The position numbers and the translations under genes are program-made. 64,000 nt of DNA, from positions 3,904,001 to 3,968,000 of the forward strand of contig OZ253564.1 in assembly GCA_965262915.1 (NCBI GenBank), in the 5' to 3' direction. Source of the stretch: Candidatus Spongiisociaceae bacterium. GTDB lineage: Bacteria > Actinomycetota > Acidimicrobiia > Spongiisociales > Spongiisociaceae. The notes under the pieces are model-generated. The model was not told the origin of the DNA. It ran no database searches and was given only the letters and a program-made list of their open reading frames with translations. Positions 10,068 through 19,477 of the stretch are shown here, piece by piece (the first letter of the stretch is position 1; every line of letters begins with the position of its first letter).

Positions 10068-11660
10068 CTACCAGTCCTCGAAGAAACCGTACCCCTCCAG
10101 GAACGCCGGCTTGGGCCACCAACGCTTGATCTTCAGATCCTCGGCTATCACGTTGACCGCGTTGTAGCCGGGGGCAAAGGTGATCGAGCCACCCGGGTGG
10201 CAGCAGGATCCGCACATGTACAGAGCCTCGACGGGCGTACGGTAGGGCTGCCGGCCGATCCCCACCTGCCCGCTGCTGTAACTCCCCATGTGGTCATCGC
10301 CCTGGACCATGTTGATGATGGCGTTGGCGTTGTCAACCGGGGTGTAGGTGAAGCGGTGAACGACGTTGTCCGGGGTCATGTTGGGCGCGTACTCCCGCCA
10401 GCGGGCCAGGATCCGGTCGAAGTACGCTTCCTTTATCTCTTCCCAGTACTCGGGCCCACGTCCCTCAACATCGTAAGGAACGAACTGCCAGAATCCGGCC
10501 GTGTGGAAACCGCCGGGACCTTGGGACGGATCGAACAGGGTCGGCACCCACGCTTCCCCGCCCGGTTTGGAGGGAGGTTTGCCTTCTTCTATCTCGCGGA
10601 AGTGTTGGTGTATCTCCTCGGGTACGTCGTAGCCGAAAGTCTGGTGGAACGTCTCGTTCATGTCGGGATATCTCTCGGCGACCGCGTAGTCCGGAGGGTT
10701 CCGCAGCACCATGTGGGCTCCGAACAGGGCGGATTCGTTCATCTGCCAGCCCTCCACGCGGGCAAGCTCTTCCGGGGGGAGGTGTTCGGCGCCCACCATT
10801 CGCAGGAACGTCTGGGCGGGATCGACGTTGCTGACGACGGCTTGGCGGGCCCGGTACACCGTTCCGTCACGGAGCCTCACCCCGACCGCTCTCCCCTGCT
10901 CCACCAGGATCTTCTCCACATGCGCCTGCTGCCGTATCTGGCCGCCGTGGGCGGTCAGGAAGTTGACCAGGGCTTTGGCGATCATGTTGCTACCTCCCCG
11001 GGCGAGCCCGTACCGGCCGAGACGCAGCAGCATGCGAAGCGTGCCGAATCCCGTTCCCGGCAGGGCCTCTCTCATCCGCACCGCGCTGGTGCTGAAGAAC
11101 AGACTCGACCGGACGGTCGGATGTTCAAAGAGACCTTCCACGACCTCAGACGGGCTCTGCTGGGAGAGGTCGAAGAACTCCGTACCCACCGCACCGAAAC
11201 GGCGCTCCAGACGATCCCGCCACTCCCCTGCCGGCAGGGGAGGCGCGTAGTGGTAGGCGCGCATCGCCTCGTAGTACCTCTGCATGTCCAGAAGAGTCTC
11301 CGCGTCGGTCTTCGAGAACTGCGAGAGGGCTTGGCGGGTACGCTCCCGATCGCTGTATATCAGCAGGCATCGCCCGTCCCGTAGCGGTATGCCGAAGTTC
11401 TTGTCGGGAACGATGTAGACACCGCCGTACCTGTCGAGTTCGAAGTCCTGATAGGCGGGTGGTTCCGAAGCGAAGATGTGGAACACCGAATGGAAGTTGA
11501 AGTAGTAACCGGGGAAGATGTGCTCCGTTGACAGGCCCCCGCCTTCTTCGAGCCGGCGCTCGAGCACCATCACGGAGAGTCCGGCCTTGGCCAGGTAGTT
11601 CGCCACGGTCAAACCGTTGTTTCCTGAACCGATTACAACGATGTCGAACGTATCCACCAC
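10068..11660 (-). CDS. FAD-dependent oxidoreductase, phytoene desaturase-like (COG1233)
   Basis: VIGSGNNGL Rossmann motif; ERRLEEGG; GGSNMIAKAL; YRTPVEALYMCGSCCHPGGSITFAPGYNA. Confidence 0.9.
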   Translation of the reverse strand: MVDTFDIVVIGSGNNGLTVANYLAKAGLSVMVLERRLEEGGGLSTEHIFPGYYFNFHSVFHIFASEPPAYQDFELDRYGGVYIVPDKNFGIPLRDGRCLLIYSDRERTRQALSQFSKTDAETLLDMQRYYEAMRAYHYAPPLPAGEWRDRLERRFGAVGTEFFDLSQQSPSEVVEGLFEHPTVRSSLFFSTSAVRMREALPGTGFGTLRMLLRLGRYGLARGGSNMIAKALVNFLTAHGGQIRQQAHVEKILVEQGRAVGVRLRDGTVYRARQAVVSNVDPAQTFLRMVGAEHLPPEELARVEGWQMNESALFGAHMVLRNPPDYAVAERYPDMNETFHQTFGYDVPEEIHQHFREIEEGKPPSKPGGEAWVPTLFDPSQGPGGFHTAGFWQFVPYDVEGRGPEYWEEIKEAYFDRILARWREYAPNMTPDNVVHRFTYTPVDNANAIINMVQGDDHMGSYSSGQVGIGRQPYRTPVEALYMCGSCCHPGGSITFAPGYNAVNVIAEDLKIKRWWPKPAFLEGYGFFEDW

Positions 11661-12221
11661 ATTCCCCTTTCAACACACCGGGCTACTTCGTACCCGGCGG
11701 GATACCCGTTGTGAGCCGGCATCAGCCGTCCACGCCACAGGCTCGCGAGCTAACTCGGACGCTCGTTCTCAAGCCGTCGCCTGCCCGCTCAAACGGGACC
11801 GACGGCCCTATCAACGAGGGTGGCAGCACTTGAACGCGGTGTCAACGGTTGTATCGGGCAGACCTTTCCGGTTTGCCCGGCGTCGACCGGATGGCACCGT
11901 GTTTCTCGATGGCGGGATGGGACGGGACACGAACGCCAGGAGGAATCGGCGCCAGGGGGAAGCGGAGCCTCGGGGAATCGCTATCGAGACTCATCCTCGG
12001 ATGGCTGGTCTCCATGTCGTTGTACACCGACTCGGCCTCGACCCTCTCGAACAGGCCTGCAAGCCCGCCGTAGACGATCCCCGGCGGCCGTCTGGGGCAT
12101 CACTCCGACGCCGGCATCGCACCGGCGGCCGTGTCTGTGGCGATTCCCACAACAACGCGGCCTCCGTCGAATCGGTCCTGTGAACACTTCACGGTCGCTG
12201 GAAACCATCCACCGATGGCAG

Positions 12222-12271
12222 TTCCACAGTATGAACAATCCCCGAACGGTGACAGGGCGTTCTGATAGGCT
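12222..12271 (+). promoter_or_regulatory. Operator TTCCACAGTATGAAC with downstream -10 TAGGCT
   Basis: 15-bp motif at 12222-12236, -10-like box at 12266-12271 (29-bp gap), upstream of the NMT1/THI5 operon. Confidence 0.55.
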
Positions 12272-12342
12272 CTGGCGGCTAAACTCGACCGGCGTCGTGT
12301 CCAAACTCGGCGCAGGATAGTCCTTGAACCATTGGAGGGACC

Positions 12343-13428
12343 GTGAACCTTATTCGAGGCAGGATTCTGGTTGGATTCGTCGCTCTCGCGCTCGTTGCTA
12401 TGGCGTGCGGCGACGGCGATGAACCGGCACCCACGACCGCTGCACCAACCACCGCCGCCGCGCCGACCACCGCAGCCGCGCCGACCACGACCGCGCCGGA
12501 GAGGGTGAGCCTGGTGATGCAGCTCACTTGGGTGCCGCAGTCGCAGTTCGCCGGCTACATCATGGCCGACCGCAAGGGCTTCTACGATGACGAGAACCTC
12601 GACGTTGAGGTACTCCCCGGCGGACCGGATGTCAGTCCTGACCAGCAGATCATCACCGGCGCCGCCGACCTGACGCTCGGTAAGGCGGCAGCTATCTTCG
12701 TCGCCCGCAGCCGCGGAGTCCCGCTGATTGCGGTCGCCCAGTTCCACCGCAAGTCCGGGTTCCCCATCGTGGCGATGGCAGACAGCGGGATCCAGGGTCC
12801 CGAGGATCTGGCCGGCAAGACCGTGGCGGCCTTCCAGGGAGGAGGCGACGAGGTCGAGTTGCTTGCGCTTGCCGCCCAGATCGGCCTTGAGCCCGGTGTC
12901 GACTTCGAGCTGGTCGAGCAGGGTTTCAGCCTCGATCCTTTCCTGAACGGGGACTTCGACACGATCACCCCCACCTACTGGAACGAACTCCAGTCGCTCT
13001 ACGAGGAGGGCTTCACCCCCGATGATCTCGTCATAATCGACTTCGATGACTACGGCGTAGGCAGCCCTCACGGGGTGCTGCACACCACCGAGGAGATCCT
13101 CGCCGAGAAGGGCGAAGCCATCTCGCGGTTCGTCAAGGCAACCATCCGGGGATGGAAGTACGCCTTCGACAATCCGGAGGAGACCGTCAGCGTGATCCTC
13201 GAGCAGGCGATCCAGGCGTCGGAACTGCACCAAGCCAACATGCTCACCGCGCTCGAGGACCTGCACTTCCCAGCGGGCTTCCCCGAGGCGGACTACGGAA
13301 GCATCGATGTTGCGGCGTTCGAGCGGCTCTCCACAGACCTCTTCGGGTTCGGACTCCTCGATGAGGAAGTCCCCGCTGGGGACGCCTACGACCCATCGAT
13401 CTGGGCGATGGCGTCTCACGGGATGTAG
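12343..13428 (+). CDS. NMT1/THI5 (ThiY/SsuA-like) ABC substrate-binding lipoprotein
   Basis: Lipobox AMAC; LTWVPQSQFAGYIMADRKGFY; GIQGPEDLAGKTV; RFVKATIRGWKYA. Confidence 0.92.
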   Translation: MNLIRGRILVGFVALALVAMACGDGDEPAPTTAAPTTAAAPTTAAAPTTTAPERVSLVMQLTWVPQSQFAGYIMADRKGFYDDENLDVEVLPGGPDVSPDQQIITGAADLTLGKAAAIFVARSRGVPLIAVAQFHRKSGFPIVAMADSGIQGPEDLAGKTVAAFQGGGDEVELLALAAQIGLEPGVDFELVEQGFSLDPFLNGDFDTITPTYWNELQSLYEEGFTPDDLVIIDFDDYGVGSPHGVLHTTEEILAEKGEAISRFVKATIRGWKYAFDNPEETVSVILEQAIQASELHQANMLTALEDLHFPAGFPEADYGSIDVAAFERLSTDLFGFGLLDEEVPAGDAYDPSIWAMASHGM

Positions 13429-13452
13429 CAACCAAGGCGTCGAACTCCCGAG

Positions 13453-14307
13453 ATGGACGTGAGCGAACCAGATGTGATCGACCGGAGAAGCGGTAAACCG
13501 GCTTCCCCGGTCGATTCGCGATCGATGTGGCCCAAGCTGCGGACTTGGGGCATCGGCACCCTGCTGGTGCTCGTCGTGGGTAGTCTCTGGCAACTCAACG
13601 CTTGGCGGGTGGCAGCGAGCGAGACGCCGCTGGCCAGCAAGAAGTTCCCCTACCTGCACGACGTGGCAATAGCCATATTCCAGAACTGGCCGGATCTGTG
13701 GTCGGCTGTACGTACCACCGCCACCGGCGCCCTGGTCGGGTTGGGGATCGGGACGACGATAGGCGTGGTCCTCGCCCTCATCGCGGGTCGCTCCCGAATC
13801 TGGGAGAGCGCGTTCTACCCCTACGTAGTGTTCGGCCAGATGGTTCCGACCATCGCCCTGGCGCCCATCCTGCTGGCGATCCTGCGGGACTTCACCATCA
13901 CCCGTATCGTGGTGGCGAGCTACATTACGTTCTTCCCCATGTCTCTCAACGTACTGAAGGGACTCAAGAGCGTGCCCGATGACGAGGCAGAGTTGATGGC
14001 CAGCTACAACTCCTCCCGACGGCAGACACTGACGAAGCTGCGGATCCCGGCTGCGGCGCCTTTCTTCTTCACCGGGTTCAAGATCGCTGCTCCGTTGGCC
14101 GTCGTCGCCGAAATAGTCGTGGAGCTCTCCGGCGCCACCGACGGGGTCGGGTACCTGATCCTCATCACCCAGTACTACGGGCCCCAGTTCGCGAGCCTGT
14201 TCTGGGCGGCCGTGATCCTGACCCTCCTGCTGGGAGTCCTCTTCTACCGGGGGGCCGCCCTCCTCGAACGGTTGATCACCCCGTGGCAACCCGAGTTCAG
14301 GACATAG
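13453..14307 (+). CDS. NitT/TauT-type ABC permease
   Basis: QMVPTIALAP; FFP...LKGL; KLRIPAAAPFFFTGFK (EAA loop). Confidence 0.92.
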   Translation: MDVSEPDVIDRRSGKPASPVDSRSMWPKLRTWGIGTLLVLVVGSLWQLNAWRVAASETPLASKKFPYLHDVAIAIFQNWPDLWSAVRTTATGALVGLGIGTTIGVVLALIAGRSRIWESAFYPYVVFGQMVPTIALAPILLAILRDFTITRIVVASYITFFPMSLNVLKGLKSVPDDEAELMASYNSSRRQTLTKLRIPAAAPFFFTGFKIAAPLAVVAEIVVELSGATDGVGYLILITQYYGPQFASLFWAAVILTLLLGVLFYRGAALLERLITPWQPEFRT

Positions 14308-14314
14308 GGGCCGC

Positions 14315-15106
14315 ATGATCCGGGACCGGGTCCGCCTTATCGCCTTCCGGACCGTCCCCCCGTTGGCCATTCTGGTAGCGCTGCTCGTGACGTGGGAGAT
14401 GGGCGTTTACCACGACCTGTTCGACCTGAAGATCTTCACGGTCCCCTACCCGACCGCCGTGGTGGAGGCCTTCTTCGAGGGATGGTGGTTCTTCCGCAAG
14501 AACGCCTACGACACCTTCTACGCAGCCGGGATCGGATACGTGCTCGGATCGATCGCCGGTATCAGCCTCGCCATCATCCTCTCCGAGATCGACCCGCTGC
14601 GCCGCTACCTCCTCCCGGTCGTCAGCGGTTTCGCCGCCATGCCGATTCTCGCCACCGCCCCGCTGATGGCCCTCTACTTCGGACTCGGCCCGAATTCGGC
14701 GATCGCGGTAGTGGTCCTGATGTCAGTGCCGCCTACCGTGATCTCCGTGTACAAGGGTCTGATCTCCATCGAACGCGAGTCCGAGGAATTGCTCGAATCC
14801 CTCGCGGTCGGCCGTCTGGGCGGGTTGACCAAGTTGAAGCTCCCGAGCGCTCTCCCCTGGATCTTCACATCGCTCAAACTCAACGTCACGCTGGCCCTCG
14901 TGGGGGTGATCGTCACCGAGTTCGTGATCGTGCAAAGGGGCCTGGGAACGCTGCTGACGAGGAGCCTGGAAACATTCGACACACCGGATGCCTACGCGTC
15001 CATGCTCATCGTCGCGATCCTGGGCGTGGTCTGGTTCCAGATCGTCCAACTCATCGAGACTCTCGCGATTCCCTGGCATTCGTCCGTCCGGTCGACGGGA
15101 GGCTGA
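14315..15106 (+). CDS. NitT/TauT-type ABC permease
   Basis: MPILATAPL; KLKLPSALPWIFTSLK; LVGVIVTEF. Confidence 0.92.
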   Translation: MIRDRVRLIAFRTVPPLAILVALLVTWEMGVYHDLFDLKIFTVPYPTAVVEAFFEGWWFFRKNAYDTFYAAGIGYVLGSIAGISLAIILSEIDPLRRYLLPVVSGFAAMPILATAPLMALYFGLGPNSAIAVVVLMSVPPTVISVYKGLISIERESEELLESLAVGRLGGLTKLKLPSALPWIFTSLKLNVTLALVGVIVTEFVIVQRGLGTLLTRSLETFDTPDAYASMLIVAILGVVWFQIVQLIETLAIPWHSSVRSTGG

Positions 15107-15112
15107 TCGCGC

Positions 15113-16480
15113 ATGGGCAGGATTCCGATAGAGCCGAACGCCACGGATCTCACTCTCAGCGGAGGAAGGATCATCGATGGTTCCGGCCGGGAGCCGATCG
15201 AGGACGCCGTCGTCGAGGTAGCGGGCGGGCGTATCGCGAACATCTACCGTCGGGGCGAGGTCTCCCCGCCGGAAGGATCGACAACCGTCGATGTCACGGG
15301 CAAGACCATCCTCCCGGGGCTGATCGACAGCCATGTCCACTTGGGGCTGCTTCCCTACAACCGGTTCGGCGTCGACGATCCGATGCCTCTATTCGACCGG
15401 TTCATGAACGATTTCGTCGAGTACGGGGTAACAACGGTCAGATGTACGGGTAGTCCGGAACTCGACTGGTCCTTCCGGCTTCTCAAAGGAGGCAACCCCC
15501 GGTGGCCGCGCTTCTACGGCTCGGGACCCAACCTGGACGGGCCGCCAGGAGGGACCCATCCGGGCCTCCGGGTGGTCAGCGACCCCGCGGAAGCCCGGGC
15601 CCAGACACTAGACCTCCTCGCCAACGGCGCCGACTTCATCAAGGTATACGTATGGATGACCGAGGAGCCCCTACGAGCGATCGTCTCGGTGGCCCATTCG
15701 CACGGCAAGATGGTGGCTGCCCATGTGGGCAACTCCTTAACGGCCGAGGCGGCCGTACTGCTCGGGGTCGATGCATTGGAACACATCCGCATCGGCTCCG
15801 AGTTGCTCACCGACCGCCAGCGCGCCGAGGTCGCCCGGCTCCCACGCCGCGCCCACGATCACCTCCTGTCGTTCCGACCGTGGCGCTACATCGATGTCGA
15901 GTCCGACCGCACGGGCGCTCTGCTCGATCTCCTAGTGGAGCGAGGCGTCTACCTAACACCGACTCTGACCCTGTCCCGGAGCGCGTTGCTCAACTCGGAG
16001 GAGGCGGTACGCAAACCGGCGGGCATAGAACGGATGCCGCAAGCGGTCATAGATCATTGGGAACAGAAGGGCTGGATAGACGACTTCTCCACCGGGGACT
16101 GGGAAGCGGCGCCTGTCGAGTGGCGACGTCAACTGGAGTTCGTTGGTCGAGCACATCGGCACGGGGTCAAGATCGCGGCGGGCACCGACATGCCGAACCC
16201 GTTCATACTCCCCGGGTCGGGGCTGCACGACGAGCTGGGGCTGCTCCATTCGACCGGCATGTCACGCCACGCCGTCCTGCGGGCCGCCACCCGCACCGGC
16301 GCCGAACTCCTAGGCCTGGGCCAGGATCTGGGCACCGTGGAGAAGGGGAAAGTAGCGGACCTGTTGATCGTAGATGGGGACCCGCTCCAGGACCTGGGCC
16401 ACCTCCGCCGCCCGCGGGCGGTTCTCAAAGCCGGGAAGAAGGTCGCTGGGTACGGTGGCGAATCCTTCGTCGCTGCTTGA
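15113..16480 (+). CDS. Amidohydrolase_1 family protein (binuclear, HutI/prolidase-like)
   Basis: PGLIDSHVH, FIKVY (carboxylated-Lys position), AAHV, LEHI, AGTD, GTVEKGKVADL. Confidence 0.9.
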   Translation: MGRIPIEPNATDLTLSGGRIIDGSGREPIEDAVVEVAGGRIANIYRRGEVSPPEGSTTVDVTGKTILPGLIDSHVHLGLLPYNRFGVDDPMPLFDRFMNDFVEYGVTTVRCTGSPELDWSFRLLKGGNPRWPRFYGSGPNLDGPPGGTHPGLRVVSDPAEARAQTLDLLANGADFIKVYVWMTEEPLRAIVSVAHSHGKMVAAHVGNSLTAEAAVLLGVDALEHIRIGSELLTDRQRAEVARLPRRAHDHLLSFRPWRYIDVESDRTGALLDLLVERGVYLTPTLTLSRSALLNSEEAVRKPAGIERMPQAVIDHWEQKGWIDDFSTGDWEAAPVEWRRQLEFVGRAHRHGVKIAAGTDMPNPFILPGSGLHDELGLLHSTGMSRHAVLRAATRTGAELLGLGQDLGTVEKGKVADLLIVDGDPLQDLGHLRRPRAVLKAGKKVAGYGGESFVAA

Positions 16481-16517
16481 TCAACTCATCGACTCGAGTC
16501 GGGTCTTCGATCCCGGC

Positions 16518-17081
16518 TCAGATACCGGCCCACCGCGTGATCAGATTCGCCTCGATACCGAACTGATCAAGGATCTTGGTCACGGTGTGGTCGACGATAT
16601 CCCTTACCGATCTCGGGCGGGTGTAGAACCCGGGCACCGGTGGGAGGACCACCCCTCCGGACTCGGTGACCCGGCACATCAACCTGAGATGGCCGAGATG
16701 CAGAGGAGTCTCCCGCGTTACCAGGACCAGCTTGCGCCGTTCTTTCAGGCAAACATCCGCGGCTCTGGCAATGAGCGTGCTGCCGTAGCTGTTGGCGATA
16801 GAGCTGAGCGTCTTCATCGAGCAGGGGGCCACGATCATGCCATCCGTGACGAAGGTGCCCGACGCGAGCGCAGCGCCCACTTTGGAGTTGTGATAGACCT
16901 CGTCCGCCATGGCGAAGACACGGGCGGGCTCGTGGTCGGTCTCGTACGAGATGGTGGCCTCTGCCCCGGAGGACACGATCAGATGGGTCTCGACCTCGGG
17001 AACCGTGGATAGCACCTCAACGAGCCTGACGCCGTATATCGCGCCGCTCGACCCGGAAATGCCCACGATCAGCCGTCGCAC
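16518..17081 (-). CDS. ubiX: Flavin prenyltransferase UbiX
   Basis: RRLIVGISGSSGAIYG; ASGTF; VAPCSMKTL; RAADVCLKERRKLVLVTRETP; PGFY. GTG start at 17081 with a GAAAGGGG RBS. Confidence 0.97.
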   Translation of the reverse strand: MRRLIVGISGSSGAIYGVRLVEVLSTVPEVETHLIVSSGAEATISYETDHEPARVFAMADEVYHNSKVGAALASGTFVTDGMIVAPCSMKTLSSIANSYGSTLIARAADVCLKERRKLVLVTRETPLHLGHLRLMCRVTESGGVVLPPVPGFYTRPRSVRDIVDHTVTKILDQFGIEANLITRWAGI

Positions 17082-17133
17082 GGATCCCCTTTCCGTGCCG
17101 CTCTCGGCCGGCGGAGGTCCACGTCCGTCGTTG

Positions 17134-18108
17134 TCAGTGATGCCATGCGACGCCGCGATCGCGCAGCATCCGGCGGTAGGCCAAGGCACCGGCATCCGTC
17201 CCGCGCAGATGGAGTTCAGCGGTCAGATCCAGCGGTAGTTCCTCGGGACGCTGGTTCTCGACCACCATCTGATCCTGGGACATGACGACCGCGTCGAAGG
17301 CATACCAGTCCTCATCCGGCTTGGTGAGGCTCCAGTCACGCGATGTGAAGAAGTATTGGATGGTCTCTCCGGATGAGACCGGGCAGCACGTGAACATCAT
17401 GGAGTAGTTCCGGCCCTTGGGGCTCATCGGGTTGGTTTGCCGTTCGTGCTCAGGGATGCGGGTGGTAACTGTCAGCCTGACTGTGAACGGCAGGAACAGC
17501 CTGTACGAGCGGGTGGTGTTGTTGCGGTCGTCGGGTACGTCGTAACTGAACCCGACGTCGGAGGTTTGCGGTCTCACGTGGGGGTAAGTGGGCTCGCTAC
17601 GCTGGCCGAGCAGGCCGTCGTGAACCCACGGGAAATGCGTGTAGTCCAAGACGTTCTCGATGACCCGGGCGGCGTTGGCCTTCCAACGGAAGTCGTCGTA
17701 GAGGACCGTCGTCATCGACTCGCTCTCGTACGCGGGATAATCGGGAATGGGGTACTTCGGTTCGTCGAGCGCCACCCATACCAACCCGTAGCGCTGCTCG
17801 GTTCGGAACCGTGGAACCCTGGCTGCCGATGGTATGCGGCCACCGGGGGGAAGGGTCGGTATGAGGGTGCAGACCCCGGTCCTGTCGTATCGCCAACCGT
17901 GGTAGTGGCAGACTATCTGGTCACCCTCCATCCACCCCAGAGACAATGGTGTACCGCGGTGGATGCAGAGATCCCTCAGAGCAACGATCTCGTCGCCGAC
18001 CCGGAACAGGACCATCTGCTCTCCAAGAAGGGTGGCGGCCACCGGGTTGGCTCCTACAGATGCCACCCTCTCCACCGGATGCCAGTAGTTGCGAAGTTCA
18101 TCTCCCAT
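17134..18108 (-). CDS. Rieske non-heme iron oxygenase alpha subunit 1 (NdmA/VanA/SxtT-like)
   Basis: CIHRG...CHYHGW Rieske site; ENVLDYTHFPWVH and QD mononuclear Fe ligands; QRPEELPLDLTAELH...YRR tail. Confidence 0.93.
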   Translation of the reverse strand: MGDELRNYWHPVERVASVGANPVAATLLGEQMVLFRVGDEIVALRDLCIHRGTPLSLGWMEGDQIVCHYHGWRYDRTGVCTLIPTLPPGGRIPSAARVPRFRTEQRYGLVWVALDEPKYPIPDYPAYESESMTTVLYDDFRWKANAARVIENVLDYTHFPWVHDGLLGQRSEPTYPHVRPQTSDVGFSYDVPDDRNNTTRSYRLFLPFTVRLTVTTRIPEHERQTNPMSPKGRNYSMMFTCCPVSSGETIQYFFTSRDWSLTKPDEDWYAFDAVVMSQDQMVVENQRPEELPLDLTAELHLRGTDAGALAYRRMLRDRGVAWHH

Positions 18109-18197
18109 CGCATGATCCCTTCAACTGGGCTTCCGTTCGGCCGAGAGTATCACGTGGCTTGATCGCTACGTCTACGGGTACCGCCAGTACCAACCGT

Positions 18198-18246
18198 TCC
18201 CACCATGTGGAACCGGGTACCGGCCGCTATCGTCGCAACTTACGAT
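18198..18246 (+). promoter_or_regulatory. Operator TCCCACCATGTGGAA with downstream -10 TACGAT
   Basis: Near-palindromic 15-mer at 18198-18212; -10 at 18241-18246 (28-bp gap); lies in the divergent Rieske 1/ADH intergenic region. Confidence 0.6.
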
Positions 18247-18300
18247 CGAACGTCGCGCATCGGGGCAAGGACCGAAGGACAGTTCGGGAAGGATAGGAAC

Positions 18301-19392
18301 GTGGGGTCTAGAGTCGGAAAGGGTGTCATATCCGCAGTCAGGGGTGGGCCCGTCTCCGTCGAGGAACTTACGGTCGGGGATCCGGGTCCCGGGGAAGTGC
18401 TCGTTCGGGTCGCCGCTAGTGGAGTCTGCCACAGCGACATGCACTACGTGGATGGTCACCTCGGAGAAGACTTTCCCTTCCTACTGGGTCACGAAGGTTC
18501 CGGGTACATCGAGGCAGTCGGCGACGGGGTCGATGTGGCAAGAGTCGGCCAGTTCGTCGTGCTCACATACCGCGCGCCTTGCCATGAGTGCCCTTGCTGC
18601 CTGGCAGGTCGGAGCGACCACTGTCGTCAACCTCTCGAAGCCGCGACGCGACCCGAGACGCGCGACGGTCGGCAACTCACACCCGCCCTCAGCCTCGGTA
18701 CGTTCTCCGAATACCTCATCGTTGCAGCACCGCAAGCAATCCCGGTCTCGACCGACTGCCCGCCGGAGCAGGCCTCACTCCTGGGATGCGCCGTTTCGAC
18801 GGGTGTGGGCTCGGTCCTGCGGACCGCCGGAGTCGAGCCCGGCCGGACCGTCGCAGTATTCGGAGCCGGGGGAGTCGGAGTCAACGTGATCCAGGGAGCA
18901 CGTTTGGCGCGAGCCGGCCGCATCATCGCCGTGGATCTGGTATCCAAGAAGCTCGATTGGGCGACATCCTTCGGCGCTACGGACGTGGTCGACGCCTCAC
19001 GAACGGATCCCGTCGAGGAAGTCCGGGAACTCACCGGAGGGTACGGCGTGGACTATTCGTTCGATGCAGTAGGCCTATCAACCACACTCCGGCAGTGCGT
19101 GGAGGTCCTTGACTACAGGGGTACCGCCGTGCTGATCGGATTCCCTTCCGCAGATCAGGTCTTGACACTTCCGATGCAGAGGTTCTTCTTCCCTGGGACC
19201 ACACTGAGGGTCTCGCTGAACGGCGACTCGCTGGCTTCCCGGGATTTCCCTCAACTCATCCGTTGGTACCTCGATGGTCAGCTCGATCTGGACAGCCTGG
19301 TCACAGAGAGAATCGGTCTGGCTGATGTGGGAGCCGCTTTCGAGGGGATACATCGGGGCGACACCATCCGGAGCGTGATCAGCCTCCCTTGA
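18301..19392 (+). CDS. Zn-dependent alcohol dehydrogenase, MscR-like S-(hydroxymethyl)mycothiol/formaldehyde dehydrogenase
   Basis: GVCHSDMHY..G...FPFLLGHE; structural Zn Cys cluster; DG..LTPAL.LG; GD.L.SRDFP; H-RGDTIRSVI. This pattern follows actinobacterial MscR as I recall it. Confidence 0.8.
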   Translation: MGSRVGKGVISAVRGGPVSVEELTVGDPGPGEVLVRVAASGVCHSDMHYVDGHLGEDFPFLLGHEGSGYIEAVGDGVDVARVGQFVVLTYRAPCHECPCCLAGRSDHCRQPLEAATRPETRDGRQLTPALSLGTFSEYLIVAAPQAIPVSTDCPPEQASLLGCAVSTGVGSVLRTAGVEPGRTVAVFGAGGVGVNVIQGARLARAGRIIAVDLVSKKLDWATSFGATDVVDASRTDPVEEVRELTGGYGVDYSFDAVGLSTTLRQCVEVLDYRGTAVLIGFPSADQVLTLPMQRFFFPGTTLRVSLNGDSLASRDFPQLIRWYLDGQLDLDSLVTERIGLADVGAAFEGIHRGDTIRSVISLP

Positions 19393-19477
19393 CGACCCGG
19401 GCACTCTCTGCGACTCGACCCCAGGAGCCGAACTCGGTCGGGCGAGGTGTGTGGTCCTTGGTCAGATGTCCGGACTC

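Noticed and set aside
10068-11660. Carotenoid biosynthesis crtI
   Set aside because: No phytoene synthase or prenyl-diphosphate synthase nearby; only family-level similarity.
11985-12085. Coding-like minus-strand fragment GIVYGGLAGLFERVEAESVYNDMET in the long intergenic region
   Set aside because: Codon pattern hints at a remnant, but it is too short and I cannot assign a family.
12430-12497. Short direct repeats here and at about 33352-33400 and 23085-23140 as CRISPR or VNTR
   Set aside because: They encode TTAAP/TTQAP linkers of lipoproteins; no spacers and no cas genes.
12100-14370. 756-aa minus-strand ORF and similar long shadow ORFs (e.g. 32910-34076, 10197-11384, 58879-60036)
   Set aside because: Antisense to well-supported genes; typical high-GC artefacts with no recognisable motifs.
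1533-17081. Ubiquinone biosynthesis (ubiD/ubiX)
   Set aside because: No other ubi genes are present and the context is catabolic; UbiD/UbiX are broad families.
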